A stretch of DNA of 32,000 bases from Mycoplasmoides pneumoniae FH (GTDB lineage: Bacteria; Bacillota_I; Bacilli_A; Mycoplasmatales; Mycoplasmoidaceae): the NCBI RefSeq assembly GCF_001272835.1, contig NZ_CP010546.1, positions 452,809 to 484,808 on the forward strand, in the 5' to 3' direction. Below the pieces are notes generated by a model that worked only from the letters and a program-made list of their open reading frames with translations, ran no database searches and had not been told where the DNA came from. Made by a program: the position numbers and the translations under genes. Of this stretch, positions 1-10,548 are shown in pieces (positions within the stretch are counted from its first letter, which is position 1; each line of letters starts with the position of its first letter).

Positions 1-1761
1 CTCCACTTTGCTGGTTACTTTTTAGTGGTGAGCGACTTAGTTCAGTTTGCCCATAATAACGATATCCTCATCGGTCCTGGTCGAGGATCTGCAGTGGGTT
101 CTTTAGTGGCCTTTCTGCTCAAAATTACCCAAATTGATCCAGTAGCCAACAATCTCATTTTTGAGCGCTTTATTTCCCGTCACCGCCAGGGCTTACCTGA
201 CATTGACATTGACATTATGGAAACTAAACGTGATTTAGTAATTGACTATGTCATGCAAAAATATGGCCGGGAACAGTGTGCACAAATAGTTACTTTCCAA
301 AAATTTAAGACCCGCTCTGCGCTGCGTGATGTCGGTAAGGTATTTAAACACATTGAGGGTGCTGAAGATTTACTGGGTAAACTACCAAAAGACAAAAGCT
401 TATTGGAGCTTGATGTAAACGGTGTTACTGATCCGGTTTTACAACTTAGTTTAAAGAGCTTTCGCTTGTTGTGGGAGGTGGCGCGTGAAATTATTAACTT
501 TCCGCGCCAACCAAGCATTCACGCTTCTGGTGTTGTGATTGTCACTGAACCTTTAATTACCACGATCCCTTTAATGGTGGGTAATAACAACAACTACGTC
601 ACCCAAGTGTCGATGGACTGGTTAGAATGGTACAACCTCAATAAGTTTGACTTATTGGGTTTAATTAACCTCACCATGATCCATGAGGTTGTGCAAGCGG
701 TAAAACCCAAGGAAGTTAGCGTACAGCAATTCCTCCAACAAATACCGCTAGATGATGAAGCTACTTTTACTAACCTCACTAACCAAGCCACTTTAGGTGT
801 TTTTCAACTAGAGTCGTTTGGGATGAAAAAGGTGCTCAAACAAATTAAACCGCACAACCTCCATGATTTAGCAATTGTTTTAGCACTTTACCGCCCCGGT
901 CCACAGGACAACATTAATACCTTTATTGCTAACCGTAACTTAGGGTTTGACACATCAGACATCGATCCGCGAATTTTGCCAATTCTCAAAGAAACTTACG
1001 GAGTGTTAATCTTTCAAGAACAGGTTATTAACATCGCCAAAACTGTTGCTAACTATTCATTGGAAACCGCTGATAGCTTTCGCCGTGCCATTTCCAAAAA
1101 AAACTTGCAAGTAATTCAGGACAACATGCGCAGCTTTTATGAAGGCGCGCTAGCCAATAACTTTAGCTTAAAAGCAGCGACTACTATCTTTAATTACATC
1201 CAGCGCTTTGCTGGATATGGTTTTAACTTGTCCCACGCCTTGGGCTATGCTTTATTGAGTTACTGAACAGCATGATTGAAGACACATTACTTTGAGCAAT
1301 TTAACCTGTGGTGATTAAACCACGAACAGGGCAAAAAGGAAAAGCAAAAACAGCTCTTAAACGAGTTTATTAGCAGTGGTTATGAAATTTGCCCACCACT
1401 AATCAATAAGGCTAAAAGTGATTTTAGTGTTCAAGATAAAAAGCTGTATTTAGGCTTTAAGTTAATCAATGGTATTGGTGACAAGCAAGCCCATGCCTTG
1501 GAACATGTTCAGGAAGTTTTAAAGCAAAACCCCAATTTATCCTTAATAGCTACCGTTAATTTGTGTTTGAGCAAAACGGTAGGGGGTTTAGAACTTAAAG
1601 ACATTACATTGCTCCAACAAGCAGGTTGTTTTAATTGCTTTAATTACACGGTTGACTTTAATTTGGCCAAAAGCTTTTGGGTGCAAAGTAACCATGAATT
1701 ATTTCCAAAAATACCACTAGATCAACCACCCGTAATTAACTGAAAGAGCTTTGGTTTTTAA
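1..1761 (+). CDS. dnaE: DNA polymerase III alpha subunit (DnaE type), 3' portion (586 aa); the 5' end lies upstream of the window
   Basis: Frame 1 is open from nt 1. Track ORFs 25..1266 and 1498..1743 share this frame and join through in-frame TGA at 1264, 1273, 1312 and 1741 (read as Trp). The first real stop is TAA 1759-1761. Stretches such as GPGRGSAVGSLVAFLLKITQIDP and FERFIS..R..LPDIDID are typical of the Pol III alpha core. Confidence 0.95.
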
Positions 1762-1764
1762 TTT

Positions 1765-2640
1765 ATGAAAAATGCAATTTTAATTGATGGTAACTCACTA
1801 GCCTACCGTGCTTACTTCGCTACTTGACAACAGGTGGAGTTTGCCAAACTACACAACTTACCCTTTAACAATGCGATTCGCACAATGTTAATGATGTGCT
1901 GAAACTTACTGCAGTCAAAACAGTATGACTATGGTGTTATTAGCTTTGATACTAAAGCGCCCACTTTTCGTGATCAACTTTACAGTGAATACAAAAGTAA
2001 GCGCAGTAAAACACCGAGTGAACTGTTAGTCCAAATTCCTGTTGTTAAAGAATCACTGCGTCATTTAGGTTTTTTAGTGTGTGAACAAGACGGGTTTGAG
2101 GCAGATGATCTAATTGGTAGTTATGCGAGGTTAATGACACAAAACAATGTGGCAGTAGACATCTACAGCTCTGACCGTGATTTACTACAGTTAGTCGATA
2201 GTATGACTAGTGTTTGGCTTTGTGTAAAGGGCACAAAAGAGATGAAGGAATATAACACTGACAACTTTGCTGAGCAGTTTTTTGGCTTAACACCAAAACA
2301 AGTGATTGAATATAAAGGTTTGGTAGGGGATAACAGTGATAACCTCACTGGCATTAAGGGAATTGGTCCGAAAAAAGGGATTGATCTACTCAAACAATAC
2401 GGTACCATTGACAATATTTTTGCTAACTTTGACAAGCTATCCAAAGCATTGCAAACGATTCTCCAAGGCCAAATTGACACTGCTAAGAAATTCAGCTTTT
2501 TAGCGAGCATTAAAACAGATATTAAACTTAATGACGATATTGTCCACGCTGCTTTAAAACCAATCGATAAACAAGCTTTATTAGAGCTTTTAGATAAATA
2601 TGGCATTAAAGCACTAGCGCAAAAATTTAGTCAACTGTAA
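1765..2640 (+). CDS. polA: 5'-3' exonuclease (Pol I N-terminal / FEN-like domain only, 291 aa)
   Basis: ATG 1765 lies 3 nt after the dnaE stop. It is in frame with track ORF 2077..2640 through TGA at 1825 and 1900. Supporting sequence: N-terminus MKNAILIDGNSLAYRAYFA, acidic motifs EADDLIG and SSDRDLLQL, and the H3TH-like GIKGIGPKKG. Confidence 0.93.
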
Positions 2641-3473
2641 TGCCTGAACTACCTGAAGTTGCCACTGTAATTACCGAACTTAAGAGCTGTGTTTTAAACA
2701 AACCTGTCAAGCAAGTTAAGGTGCACTTAGACAAGGTGTTGAAAAATACTAATGTCAAGCAGCTTAACGATGCGTTAGTCAACCACAGCTTTGTGGACAT
2801 TAAGCGCCGCGGCAAGTACATTATTTTTTGTTTAAGTAACGGTTTGTTTTTAGTGTCACACTTACGCATGGAAGGCAAATATTTCTTTGAAGCTAAAGGC
2901 AGTCAGTTTGACTTAAACCATGTTTTAGTCGAGTTTTTATTCCAAGATGGTGATCAACTTAACTATCATGATACGCGTCAATTTGGTACCTTTCACTTGT
3001 TCAATAGATATCAGTTTGAAAACGCACGTGAATTGAACAAATTAGCACTCGATCCCTTAGATCAGGAATTTAACCATCAAGCGATCTTTAACAAAGGCCA
3101 TAAGTCCAACAAGAAGATTAAAACCTTTATTTTAGATCAGACCAACATTAGCGGTATTGGCAATATTTACGCTGATGAAATTTTGTTTGCAAGTAAGATT
3201 CACCCTGAAACTTTAGCTAAAAATTTGAACTTATCGCAGTATCAGCTAATTTGTCAAAATGCAACTGATATTTTAAAGAAAGCAGTTGAAATGAAGGGTA
3301 CTACCATTGGCACTTTTACCTTTAAAAAAGATCATACCGGTGGTTACCAACACTTCTTGAAAATTCATGGCAAAAAGGGGAAGCAATGTCAAAGCTGTAA
3401 CACCACTATTATTAAGAAAAAGATTAATGGTCGGGGCAGCTATATTTGTGAAAAGTGTCAAATACAGCGTTAA
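2640..3473 (+). CDS. fpg: Formamidopyrimidine-DNA glycosylase (Fpg/MutM), 277 aa
   Basis: The ATG overlaps the previous TAA (TAATG). The protein has the catalytic N-terminus MPELPEV and a C-terminal zinc finger CQSC-x16-CEKC. Confidence 0.95.
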   Translation: MPELPEVATVITELKSCVLNKPVKQVKVHLDKVLKNTNVKQLNDALVNHSFVDIKRRGKYIIFCLSNGLFLVSHLRMEGKYFFEAKGSQFDLNHVLVEFLFQDGDQLNYHDTRQFGTFHLFNRYQFENARELNKLALDPLDQEFNHQAIFNKGHKSNKKIKTFILDQTNISGIGNIYADEILFASKIHPETLAKNLNLSQYQLICQNATDILKKAVEMKGTTIGTFTFKKDHTGGYQHFLKIHGKKGKQCQSCNTTIIKKKINGRGSYICEKCQIQR

Positions 3474-3515
3474 TGGTTAACTGTTCCAGTTAATGCCAGA
3501 ATTATGGCTTTATAA

Positions 3516-3551
3516 AAAAGAGCTTAAATATCTTAAACTTAAGCTCTTTTT
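3516..3551 (+). terminator. Intrinsic terminator after fpg
   Basis: A perfect 12-bp inverted repeat, AAAAGAGCTTAA (3516-3527) with TTAAGCTCTTTT (3539-3550), has an 11-nt loop and runs into a T-tract. It lies 43 nt after the fpg stop. Confidence 0.7.
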
Positions 3552-3618
3552 GATCACTTAAATTAACCATAAAGATTGTTTTTAATCCTTAGATTAATCC
3601 ACGCTTGTTAGAAAAAAT

Positions 3619-4497
3619 ATGAAAAACAAAATTAAATACGTTTACTCCGACCTGGATGGCACGATTGTGAGCTGAAATCCTAAAAACCAGTTTACCCATC
3701 AGGGCAAAACTTACAAAAATCTCCATGAAGTTAGTCACGCTACCGTAACTGCTTTTAAACAATTACAAGCTCAAGGTATCAAAATTGGAATTGTGACTGG
3801 CCGTGATTACTGTCGCGTTCGTTGGTTAGAAAAGTACCTAAACACTGATCTACCAACAATTACCCTCGATGGCGCCATTATTTACTTCCGCGATGAAATT
3901 ATTCGGCAAGAAGTGCTTGATAAGGAATTTATCCATGGCATTAACCAGATTGTCAAACGTTACCCTACAGCAGCCTTTAAGCTCAACATGGGTTGAGGTA
4001 ACTATTACACCTGCAATCCTTCTTTAATCTTTGAAGGTGACCATGCTTACCGTGAGCACTTTAATGCTGACAGTAAGTTTTATCGCAAAGAGATCGACAA
4101 CACGGTTGATTGAGATATAAATAACATGAAAGTAAATCAGGTTTACTTTGACACATTTACTTGCCCTGAACCAATGATCCAAGAGCTCGATAACTTAGTT
4201 GAAAAAAGTGATGTAACCGCCAAAAGCTACCGCCATTCACTTTACATTATTAAAAAAGGGGTATCGAAGGCTAGTGCACTACAAAACCTCCAACGAGACT
4301 TTTTAGTGGAAATGAAGCCTGCTAACACGATTGTCTTTGGTGATGGGGATAATGACATTGAAATGATGCAGTGAGCTGATCACAGTGTGTCGTTAACTGG
4401 TAGTGATCCCGAGTGTTATAAGTTAGCTAAGTACCACACCGACAGCGTTGACGATGATGGGATTGCCAAATGGATTAATAAAAATCTGTTATGTTAA
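3619..4497 (+). CDS. Cof-type HAD-superfamily hydrolase/phosphatase (292 aa)
   Basis: ATG 3619 is in frame with track ORFs 3793..3996 and 4126..4374 through TGA codons at 3673, 3994, 4111 and 4372. The stop is TAA 4495-4497. HAD motif I is YSDLDGT and motif IV is GDGDNDIEM. Confidence 0.9.
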
Positions 4498-5093
4498 TCG
4501 CTGTTGTAGGCAAAGCTGGAGTTGGTAAAACCACCGTTTTGCAATACATCGCTGACTATTTTCATTTTCCCGTTTTTTTTGCTGATCGGTTTATCCATCA
4601 ACAATACGCAAATGGTCAAGCTGGTTATGCAATTGTAAAACAGCAATTTGGTGCTCAGTTTGTCAATCATGAAGCAGTTGATCGCAAACAGTTAGCACAA
4701 TACGTTTTTAATCAACCTGATGAGTTAAAGCGTTTGTCCAACTTAACCAAACCCCTAGTACAAGAGTGACTCAATCAATTAAAAGCGCAATTCCAAGACA
4801 AAATTGCACTTGTGGAAATTGCGGTGATGCTCAATTACTGAAACGATTACCGCCCTTTCTTTGATGAAGTAATCCAAATTGAACGTGATGCTAAGATAGT
4901 AAAACAAGCACTAAAAGCACGTGGCGTTGATGTAGAGCAGGTGCAAAAGTTAATTGCTGATCCGACTTACCCAATTCTTACAGTAATCAATAACAGCACT
5001 GTAGCTGAGTGTGCTTTACACGTTACTCAATTTTTAGAAAGCATTGCAAAAAGTGATAAATGCCATCATGGTCATTATCAAACTCCGAAATAA
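4491..5093 (+). CDS. coaE: Dephospho-CoA kinase (200 aa under table 4)
   Basis: The ATG overlaps the upstream stop by 7 nt, and the P-loop is GKAGVGKTT. Track ORF 4491..4769 ends at a TGA. Reading TGA 4767 and 4839 as Trp moves the first real stop to TAA 5091-5093, inside the convergent gene. Confidence 0.85.
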
Positions 5094-5871
5094 AGGTCGC
5101 GTTTTGTTTTGCTAAATCACTACCGTTAGCCATTGCGACAGAGTACTTGACAGCATTAAAAATTTCCACATCATTGTCCCCATCGCCAAAGACCATGGTC
5201 ATTTGGGGATCTAAACCGGTTTGCTGTTCTAATGCTTTGAGACCGTATGCCTTATTGACATCTTTGTGCATAATGTCAAGCGCAAAGGTCATAGAACTGA
5301 CATAGCTAATGTTTTCAATCGCATCGAGATGTTTGGTTATTTTACTAATGCGACCCCTGTCTTCAGTGATTAAAAGAATCTTGGTAATGTTTTGTGTGGC
5401 AAAATCAAACTTGCTAGCATCAGTTAACGGATTAATGGTAAAGTTATTTTGTGTAATGTCAGGTTCTACAATTTTGCTTTGAGTAGTGCGTAACCGTTTG
5501 CAAGGTATACCGGGTTTTTCAAAACCAAACACCTTTTTATCAGTGTAAATGCAAAAGCTTTCTTCCAATTGCAACAGTAAACGCATAATGGGTACCACAC
5601 TTTGGGGTGCTAACTGGGTCATATGCAGCGCTTTTTCCCGAGCAAAGTCATAAATTAAAGCACCGTTAGAGGAAATAACCGGTAGATCAGGTTGAATAAA
5701 CTGAGTGGTATTGCGGATTAAGATATGACTGCGCCCAGTCGCAAAGGTAATTTTAAACCCCTGCTTTTGCAACTCTTTGAGAAAAGTAACAGTTTGTGGT
5801 AGTGGTTCATGACCCCAAGACAATAAAGTACCATCGAGGTCAAAAATTAAGTTTTGTACTTTTGGTTTCAT
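5023..5871 (-). CDS. Cof-type HAD-superfamily hydrolase/phosphatase (282 aa), paralog-like to 3619..4497
   Basis: This is an intact track ORF with HAD motifs FDLDGT and GDGDNDVEIF. Its ATG (5871) is 2 nt downstream of the leuS stop. Confidence 0.92.
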   Translation of the reverse strand: MKPKVQNLIFDLDGTLLSWGHEPLPQTVTFLKELQKQGFKITFATGRSHILIRNTTQFIQPDLPVISSNGALIYDFAREKALHMTQLAPQSVVPIMRLLLQLEESFCIYTDKKVFGFEKPGIPCKRLRTTQSKIVEPDITQNNFTINPLTDASKFDFATQNITKILLITEDRGRISKITKHLDAIENISYVSSMTFALDIMHKDVNKAYGLKALEQQTGLDPQMTMVFGDGDNDVEIFNAVKYSVAMANGSDLAKQNATFISEFDNDHDGIYHFLQCFLKIE

Positions 5872-5873
5872 AG

Positions 5874-8255
5874 CTATTCGGATTTTAAAAGAACATTAAT
5901 AATACGATTAGGGACAAAAACAACACGCGCTAAGGGTTGGTCGAACAACGCTTGGAATTCCGGATCTGTCTTAAAGGCTTTTAAGACAGTCTGTTCATCA
6001 ACCCCTTTAGCAAATTCCTTGGTACCTTTGAAGCGACCGTTGACCGAAAGAATAATTTTAACCTTATCGGTTTCAAGTACGCTGTTATCAACATTTGGTA
6101 GTTGAGCATGAACAATAAACGGCTCCATCCCTAGTTTAGCGTTTAATTCTTCCGCTAAATAAGGTGCAAAAAACGATAACACCGTCAAAAAGCCCTTTGC
6201 ATAAGCCAGGGTTAATTGTTTTGTTTTGTAAAGCAGGTTTAAAAAGATCATCATTTGGCTAATTACCAAATTGAGTTCTTGTTTCTCTAAGTGCTCGTAA
6301 CTACGCTTTAAAAAGAGGTTATAACCATAAACAGTTTCTTGATCTACCGTTTCTTTAATAATGTTTTCCTTGTGAAAGAAATTGTGCACCCGATCAAGTC
6401 AACGCCGCATTCCGTTTAACCCATCATCCAATCAGGTCAACGCCGCGCTAATCGGCCCCATAAACATCAAGTAAAGTCGCAAGGCATCAGCACCATGAGA
6501 ATCAATTAGTGGCGTAGGGTTGATTGTGTTGCCCTTGGATTTGGACATCTTTTTGCCATCTGGTCCCAATACCATGCCCTGGTTAATTAACTTTTTAAAG
6601 GGCTCTTTAGTGGTGACTATTCCCTTTTGGTACAAGAATTGGTGCCAAAAGCGCGCGTACAAGAGGTGCAACACGGCATGTTCGGCACCACCCACATACA
6701 GATCCACTGGTAGGTAACGCTCAAAAAGATCTTTCGCTTCCTTGGAGTCAATTGGCCAAAAGTTTTCGTTATTAATTAACATCAAATAACCCAAGTAATA
6801 CCAACAAGAACCAGCCCACTGGGGCATAGTGCTCGTTTCCCGAGTAAAAGTTTGATTACCTTGTTTCACCTTAGCCCACTCCTGGTTTCGTCACAATGGT
6901 GGGTTAGTCGAACCATCAGGTTGATAGTTAGCCAAAGCTGGTAGGGTAACGGGGAGCTCTTTAACTAAATGGGGTTGGTTGTTTTCGTCAAACAAAATCG
7001 GAAAAGGTTCACCCCAGTAACGTTGACGGCTAAAAATCCAGTCACGGAGTTTGTACACCGTTGTTTTTTTAGCTTTTTGACGCTCGACTAACATTTGCGT
7101 AATTTGGGTGTTAGCAGTTTGGGAGTTGAGCCCGCTAAACTGCCCGGAGTGTTGCAAGCGTTCCTGTTTATCAATGACGGTAATAATCGGTAGCTTTTGC
7201 TTCCGCGCGAAGAAGTTATCGTTTTCGTTATGCGCTGGCACACCCATCACAGCATCCGTACCATAACCTTCCACTACATAGTTAGCTACATACAACGGAA
7301 TGGCAGTATTAGTTGCTGGATTAATTGCTTTAAGTTTTAAATCAACCCCGTCATGGAGCGTCTCAGGTTGCTTTACAGTGGTGGTTTTCTGTGCTTGTTT
7401 TTGGAGAAACTGTGCTATCTTGGGGTTGGTTTTAGCTACCTCTTTTACTAAGGGATGGCTAGTGGAAAGCGCTAAAAAGGTTACACCAAAAATAGTTTGC
7501 ACCTTAGTGGTAAAAATGGTAATCGTTTCCTTGGAGTTTTCTATGTCAAACGTTACCTCTACCCCTTCACTTTTACCAATCCAGTTGGTTTGCATTTCCT
7601 TAATAGATTGATGTCAATCCAGCTCAGCCAAACCATTGAGTAAACTTTCAGCAAAAGCAGTTATTTTCAACACCCATTGCTTCATTTTTCGCTTGGTTAC
7701 CGGGAACTCGCCACGCTCACTCACCGCATTACCATTACTGTCAATCAACACCTCTTCGTTGGCTAAAACGGTGCCCAATTCAGCACACCAGTTGACATCA
7801 ATCTCCTTCACTTCAGCCAAACCGGCTTCAAATAACTGACCAAAGATCCACTGTGTGTACTGGTAATAGCGTGGATCAGTTGTCTTTAAAGACAGCTGGT
7901 AGTCATAATCAAAGCCAAAGGCCGTTAACTGCTCAATGAAATTAGTAATGTTTTTGTCAGTTCAGTCACCAGGATGCTTATTGGAGGCAATCGCGTATTG
8001 TTCTGCTGGTAACCCAAAAGCATCAAAGCCAATCGGGTGAATCACATTAAAACCCTTCGCTTTATGATAACGACTCAAAACATCGGTAATGGTGTAAGCG
8101 CGCACATGTCCCAGGTGTAAACCAGCCGCTGAAGGATAAGGGAACATGTCCAAGATATAGTATTTGGGCTTAGTTTTATCATCAAAAAAACGGTTAACTT
8201 GCTTCGTTTTTCACAATTGCAACCATTTCTCTTCCAGTAAGTTGTGGTTATACAT
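5874..8255 (-). CDS. leuS: Leucyl-tRNA synthetase (793 aa)
   Basis: Five track fragments (5874..6389, 6432..6869, 6891..7595, 7614..7820, 7962..8153) all share one frame (end coordinate mod 3 = 2) and are separated only by TGA. The start is ATG 8255 ([11 protein letters not shown]). Class I motifs are [12 protein letters not shown] (HIGH) and KMSKS. Confidence 0.97.
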
Positions 8256-8600
8256 CTAGTTTTTTTTGAACGAGCGCTTAATTAAATACTTAATTAAATG
8301 GTAGAACAGGTCAGCTATAATGGCTACAGCAATCCCAAAAAGTAAACCAAAACCAACTGGAATAAAGAAGTGCACCAGGGTTTGGAACAGTTTTTGCTGT
8401 TGCTCTACAGTGCCTTTAAATCATTGATTAATATTGGGAATAATTTGCACAATTAGCCCACTAGCATCCTTTTCAGCTAGTAAATTAGCCCACTCCTTAG
8501 TATTGTAGGTATTGAGCCAAAAAGAGCCAATAAAAATAATAAAACCAACCGCGACAAAGAAGAGGAAAATCGCTAGTTTAATGAGCCGTTTAAGCAGCAT
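8256..8600 (-). CDS. Small membrane protein, 114 aa, two predicted TM helices (absent from the ORF track because of one internal TGA)
   Basis: The ORF runs from ATG 8600 to TAG 8256-8258, which abuts the leuS ATG at 8255. It has a single in-frame TGA at 8421-8423. The translation MLLKRLIKLAIFLFFVAVGFIIFIGSFW...FFIPVGFGLLFGIAVAIIADLFY contains two hydrophobic helices. Confidence 0.7.
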
Positions 8601-8625
8601 GGTAAGTGGAAATTAAGCTAATTAA

Positions 8626-8631
8626 ATTATA
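8626..8631 (-). promoter_or_regulatory. Candidate -10 box (TATAAT) for the small-membrane-protein/leuS/HAD unit
   Basis: The minus strand reads a perfect TATAAT 26 nt upstream of ATG 8600, within the 34-nt gap after the upstream stop. Confidence 0.4.
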
Positions 8632-8634
8632 AAG

Positions 8635-9324
8635 CTAGATAATTTCCCAGTCTAAGTTTTTTGACTTTAATACCTCTAGTACTTGTTTGGTGATGGATTC
8701 TACTGATTGGTTAGCGTTTACTATGCAATGGCTAATACCAAAGTCATAACAAACGTTTTTAATAAATTCACCATAAATCTTGTACAGGTTCTTAAAGTAG
8801 TCCTTATTTTTGGCAAAGTTATCAATTTCTACTTTACGGTTACGTTGAAACAATCTTTGTTCAAACAACTCCCAATCACCTTCTAAGATAACGTACAAAG
8901 CGGGAATACCATGTTTAAAGATTAGTTCTTTAACAATCCCATTCCACAAGTGGTTATAGTAAGTAAAGATGGAAGGACGGTGGATGTTTTGCTTGGCGAA
9001 CAATCAATCTTCAAAGATCGAGCGGTCAAAGATAGTTGGTGTTTTATTGTTACATTCCTTGCGGTATTTATTAAAGCGGTTTAAGGTAAAGTACAGTTGA
9101 AATAAAGGGGCGTAGAGCAACTCGTCGTTACGCTCATACATTTTGGCTAACAATAAATCAGCTAGCTGGTCTTGTTCTTCCAGTTCGTAAATCACCTTAG
9201 AACCCTTTAAGTGTTTAGCTAAACTTTCAGCTATCGTCGTTTTACCAAAAGCAATCATGCCACCAACCACAACGGCGTTAGCAATCTTAGCTGGTTGAAA
9301 TTTGGGTTTTAAGGGAGTCTTCAT
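8635..9324 (-). CDS. Deoxynucleoside kinase family protein (229 aa)
   Basis: Track ORFs 8635..9003 and 9004..9363 join through TGA 9004-9006. The P-loop is GGMIAFGKTT, there is a DRS motif (FDRSIFED), and the LID-like segment is RLFQRNRKVE. I place the start at the first ATG (9324, MKTPLKP) rather than the TTG at 9363 used by the track. Confidence 0.8.
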
Positions 9325-9451
9325 AATACTTAGAACGTGGTTACAGTGCAAAGTATTATGCAATAAAAAACCATCACACTCATTAAATAGTCTTAATGCT
9401 GCTCCATTTCTGGCCTGACATGATTCGACCGTAATGATGTGACGGCTCTAA

Positions 9452-9457
9452 ATTCTA
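9452..9457 (-). promoter_or_regulatory. Candidate -10 box (TAGAAT) upstream of the dNK-like gene
   Basis: The minus strand reads TAGAAT in the 147-nt gap between the upstream stop (9472) and ATG 9324. Confidence 0.3.
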
Positions 9458-9471
9458 ACACTTAACTGCTT

Positions 9472-10548
9472 TTAATCAATTAATTTGCTTACGCGCTTAA
9501 TCGAATTACGCTTCGGCTGGGTCGCGCCGCGAGGTAGATCTTTATTGGTTGTTGGTGGAGTTTCTTCCACTTCCATGTCATCATCCATATCATCGAGTGT
9601 ATAGCTAATAACTTGGGTTTGCGGGATAACAGCCTCTTGAGGACGGTGGAATTGCTGTGAAGTGTCAGCTAGGCTAACGGTATGGGTCTGACCATTAACT
9701 TGCGCGTTAGTAATTTCACCTAACTTTTGTTCCAAGCGGTTTTTGAGTTTGTTGTACTGCTTGACCAAATCGTTGTTAGCGCGCTGAAAGTCACGCTTTT
9801 CACTGGTAAGTGAATTGTTAATTTCCTGAATCCGGGCTAAATCGACTTGCAAGTCACTCACCATCTTTTCGTACTTTTGGTTTTTAAACAACACTAGTTT
9901 GTGCTGCTTTTGCAACGCCTCATTTTCATCAACCGCACTTTGCAAGTAAGTTTGCAGTTGGGTAATCTCACTGTTCTTTTCGTTTAACTTACTTGTAAAG
10001 ATGGCCTGGATTTCCTCATCACGCCTGTGAATGGCATCAGTACACTGCTGCTCGTACTCCTTCAACGCTTCTTCCAGGGTTTTGTTGTAGTGTTCCTCAA
10101 GCTTGTGGTTGTACTCCTTGGCTTCATTGAGCTGCTTTTGATACACCTCTAGTTGCCGTTCCTTTTCTTTAAATAGCTGCTGCATCTGGATAATTTCCTC
10201 ATCACGTTGACCTAACTGGATTAACAGCTCACTGTTTTGTTGGCTCTGGCGTTTAATTTCCCCTTCATACCGTACTTTGAGCTGTTCTTGCAACACCAAG
10301 ATCTTCTTTAAGCGATCCTTCTCTGATTGCTTTTCGGGGAGAAATTTCTGTGCTAAATACAGCAATGTTTGGTTCCAGTCAAGGTGTGCAGGGTTGGTTT
10401 GGCGTAACTGCACATAAGCCTGACGCGCTTGCTCTAGGAAGTCCTGGAGCTGTTTTTGACTCGCTAGTGGAAACTTTGAAAGAAAGAAGTTAATTGTCTC
10501 TCTTCTTTGAAAGTCATCAAAATCACGGTAATACTCAAAGTTAGTCAT
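9472..10548 (-). CDS. Long coiled-coil protein (358 aa); position and sequence match what I recall as the MPN387 gliding-motility protein
   Basis: This is an intact track ORF. Its central ~200 aa are heptad-rich and E/K/Q-rich (LQEQLKVRYEGEIKRQSQQNSELLIQL...), followed by an acidic patch DDMDDDMEVEE and a basic tail. The function is assigned from memory of the synteny (downstream of lplA). Confidence 0.85.
   Translation of the reverse strand: MTNFEYYRDFDDFQRRETINFFLSKFPLASQKQLQDFLEQARQAYVQLRQTNPAHLDWNQTLLYLAQKFLPEKQSEKDRLKKILVLQEQLKVRYEGEIKRQSQQNSELLIQLGQRDEEIIQMQQLFKEKERQLEVYQKQLNEAKEYNHKLEEHYNKTLEEALKEYEQQCTDAIHRRDEEIQAIFTSKLNEKNSEITQLQTYLQSAVDENEALQKQHKLVLFKNQKYEKMVSDLQVDLARIQEINNSLTSEKRDFQRANNDLVKQYNKLKNRLEQKLGEITNAQVNGQTHTVSLADTSQQFHRPQEAVIPQTQVISYTLDDMDDDMEVEETPPTTNKDLPRGATQPKRNSIKRVSKLID

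Noticed and set aside
246-791. Two minus-strand track ORFs (246..518 and 594..791) lie inside dnaE; similar antisense or off-frame ORFs lie inside fpg, the HAD genes, pdhB, nox, secDF and ibpM (for example 2163..2606, 15403..15771, 17523..17720, 20888..21082, 25833..26096).
   Set aside because: Each is fully embedded in a strongly supported conserved gene on the other strand or frame. None has motifs or independent signals.
7206-7511. I checked for loss or degeneration of the LeuRS CP1 editing domain, as I recall being reported for some Mycoplasma.
   Set aside because: The CP1 region is present. The Thr-rich motif reads TTKVQT (canonical TTRPDT, as I remember it), with all three Thr retained. 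[19 protein letters not shown] keeps the second Asp of the GHDxxD box. The substitutions (R to K, first D to N) are not enough to claim an editing defect from sequence alone.
5874-8255. I considered whether the many TGA-interrupted genes (leuS, secDF, proS, pdhA and others) are pseudogenes.
   Set aside because: All interruptions are TGA only and always in the same frame. Re-joined lengths and motifs are those of intact enzymes. UGA read as Trp (table 4) explains everything.
8260-8267. A T8 homopolymer (A8 on the coding strand) lies in the last codons of the small membrane protein, immediately before the leuS ATG; I considered it as a possible phase-variation tract.
   Set aside because: It affects only the final 3-4 codons (FKKN-stop). 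The tract is short, and nothing else suggests that an essential leuS would be under slipped-strand control.
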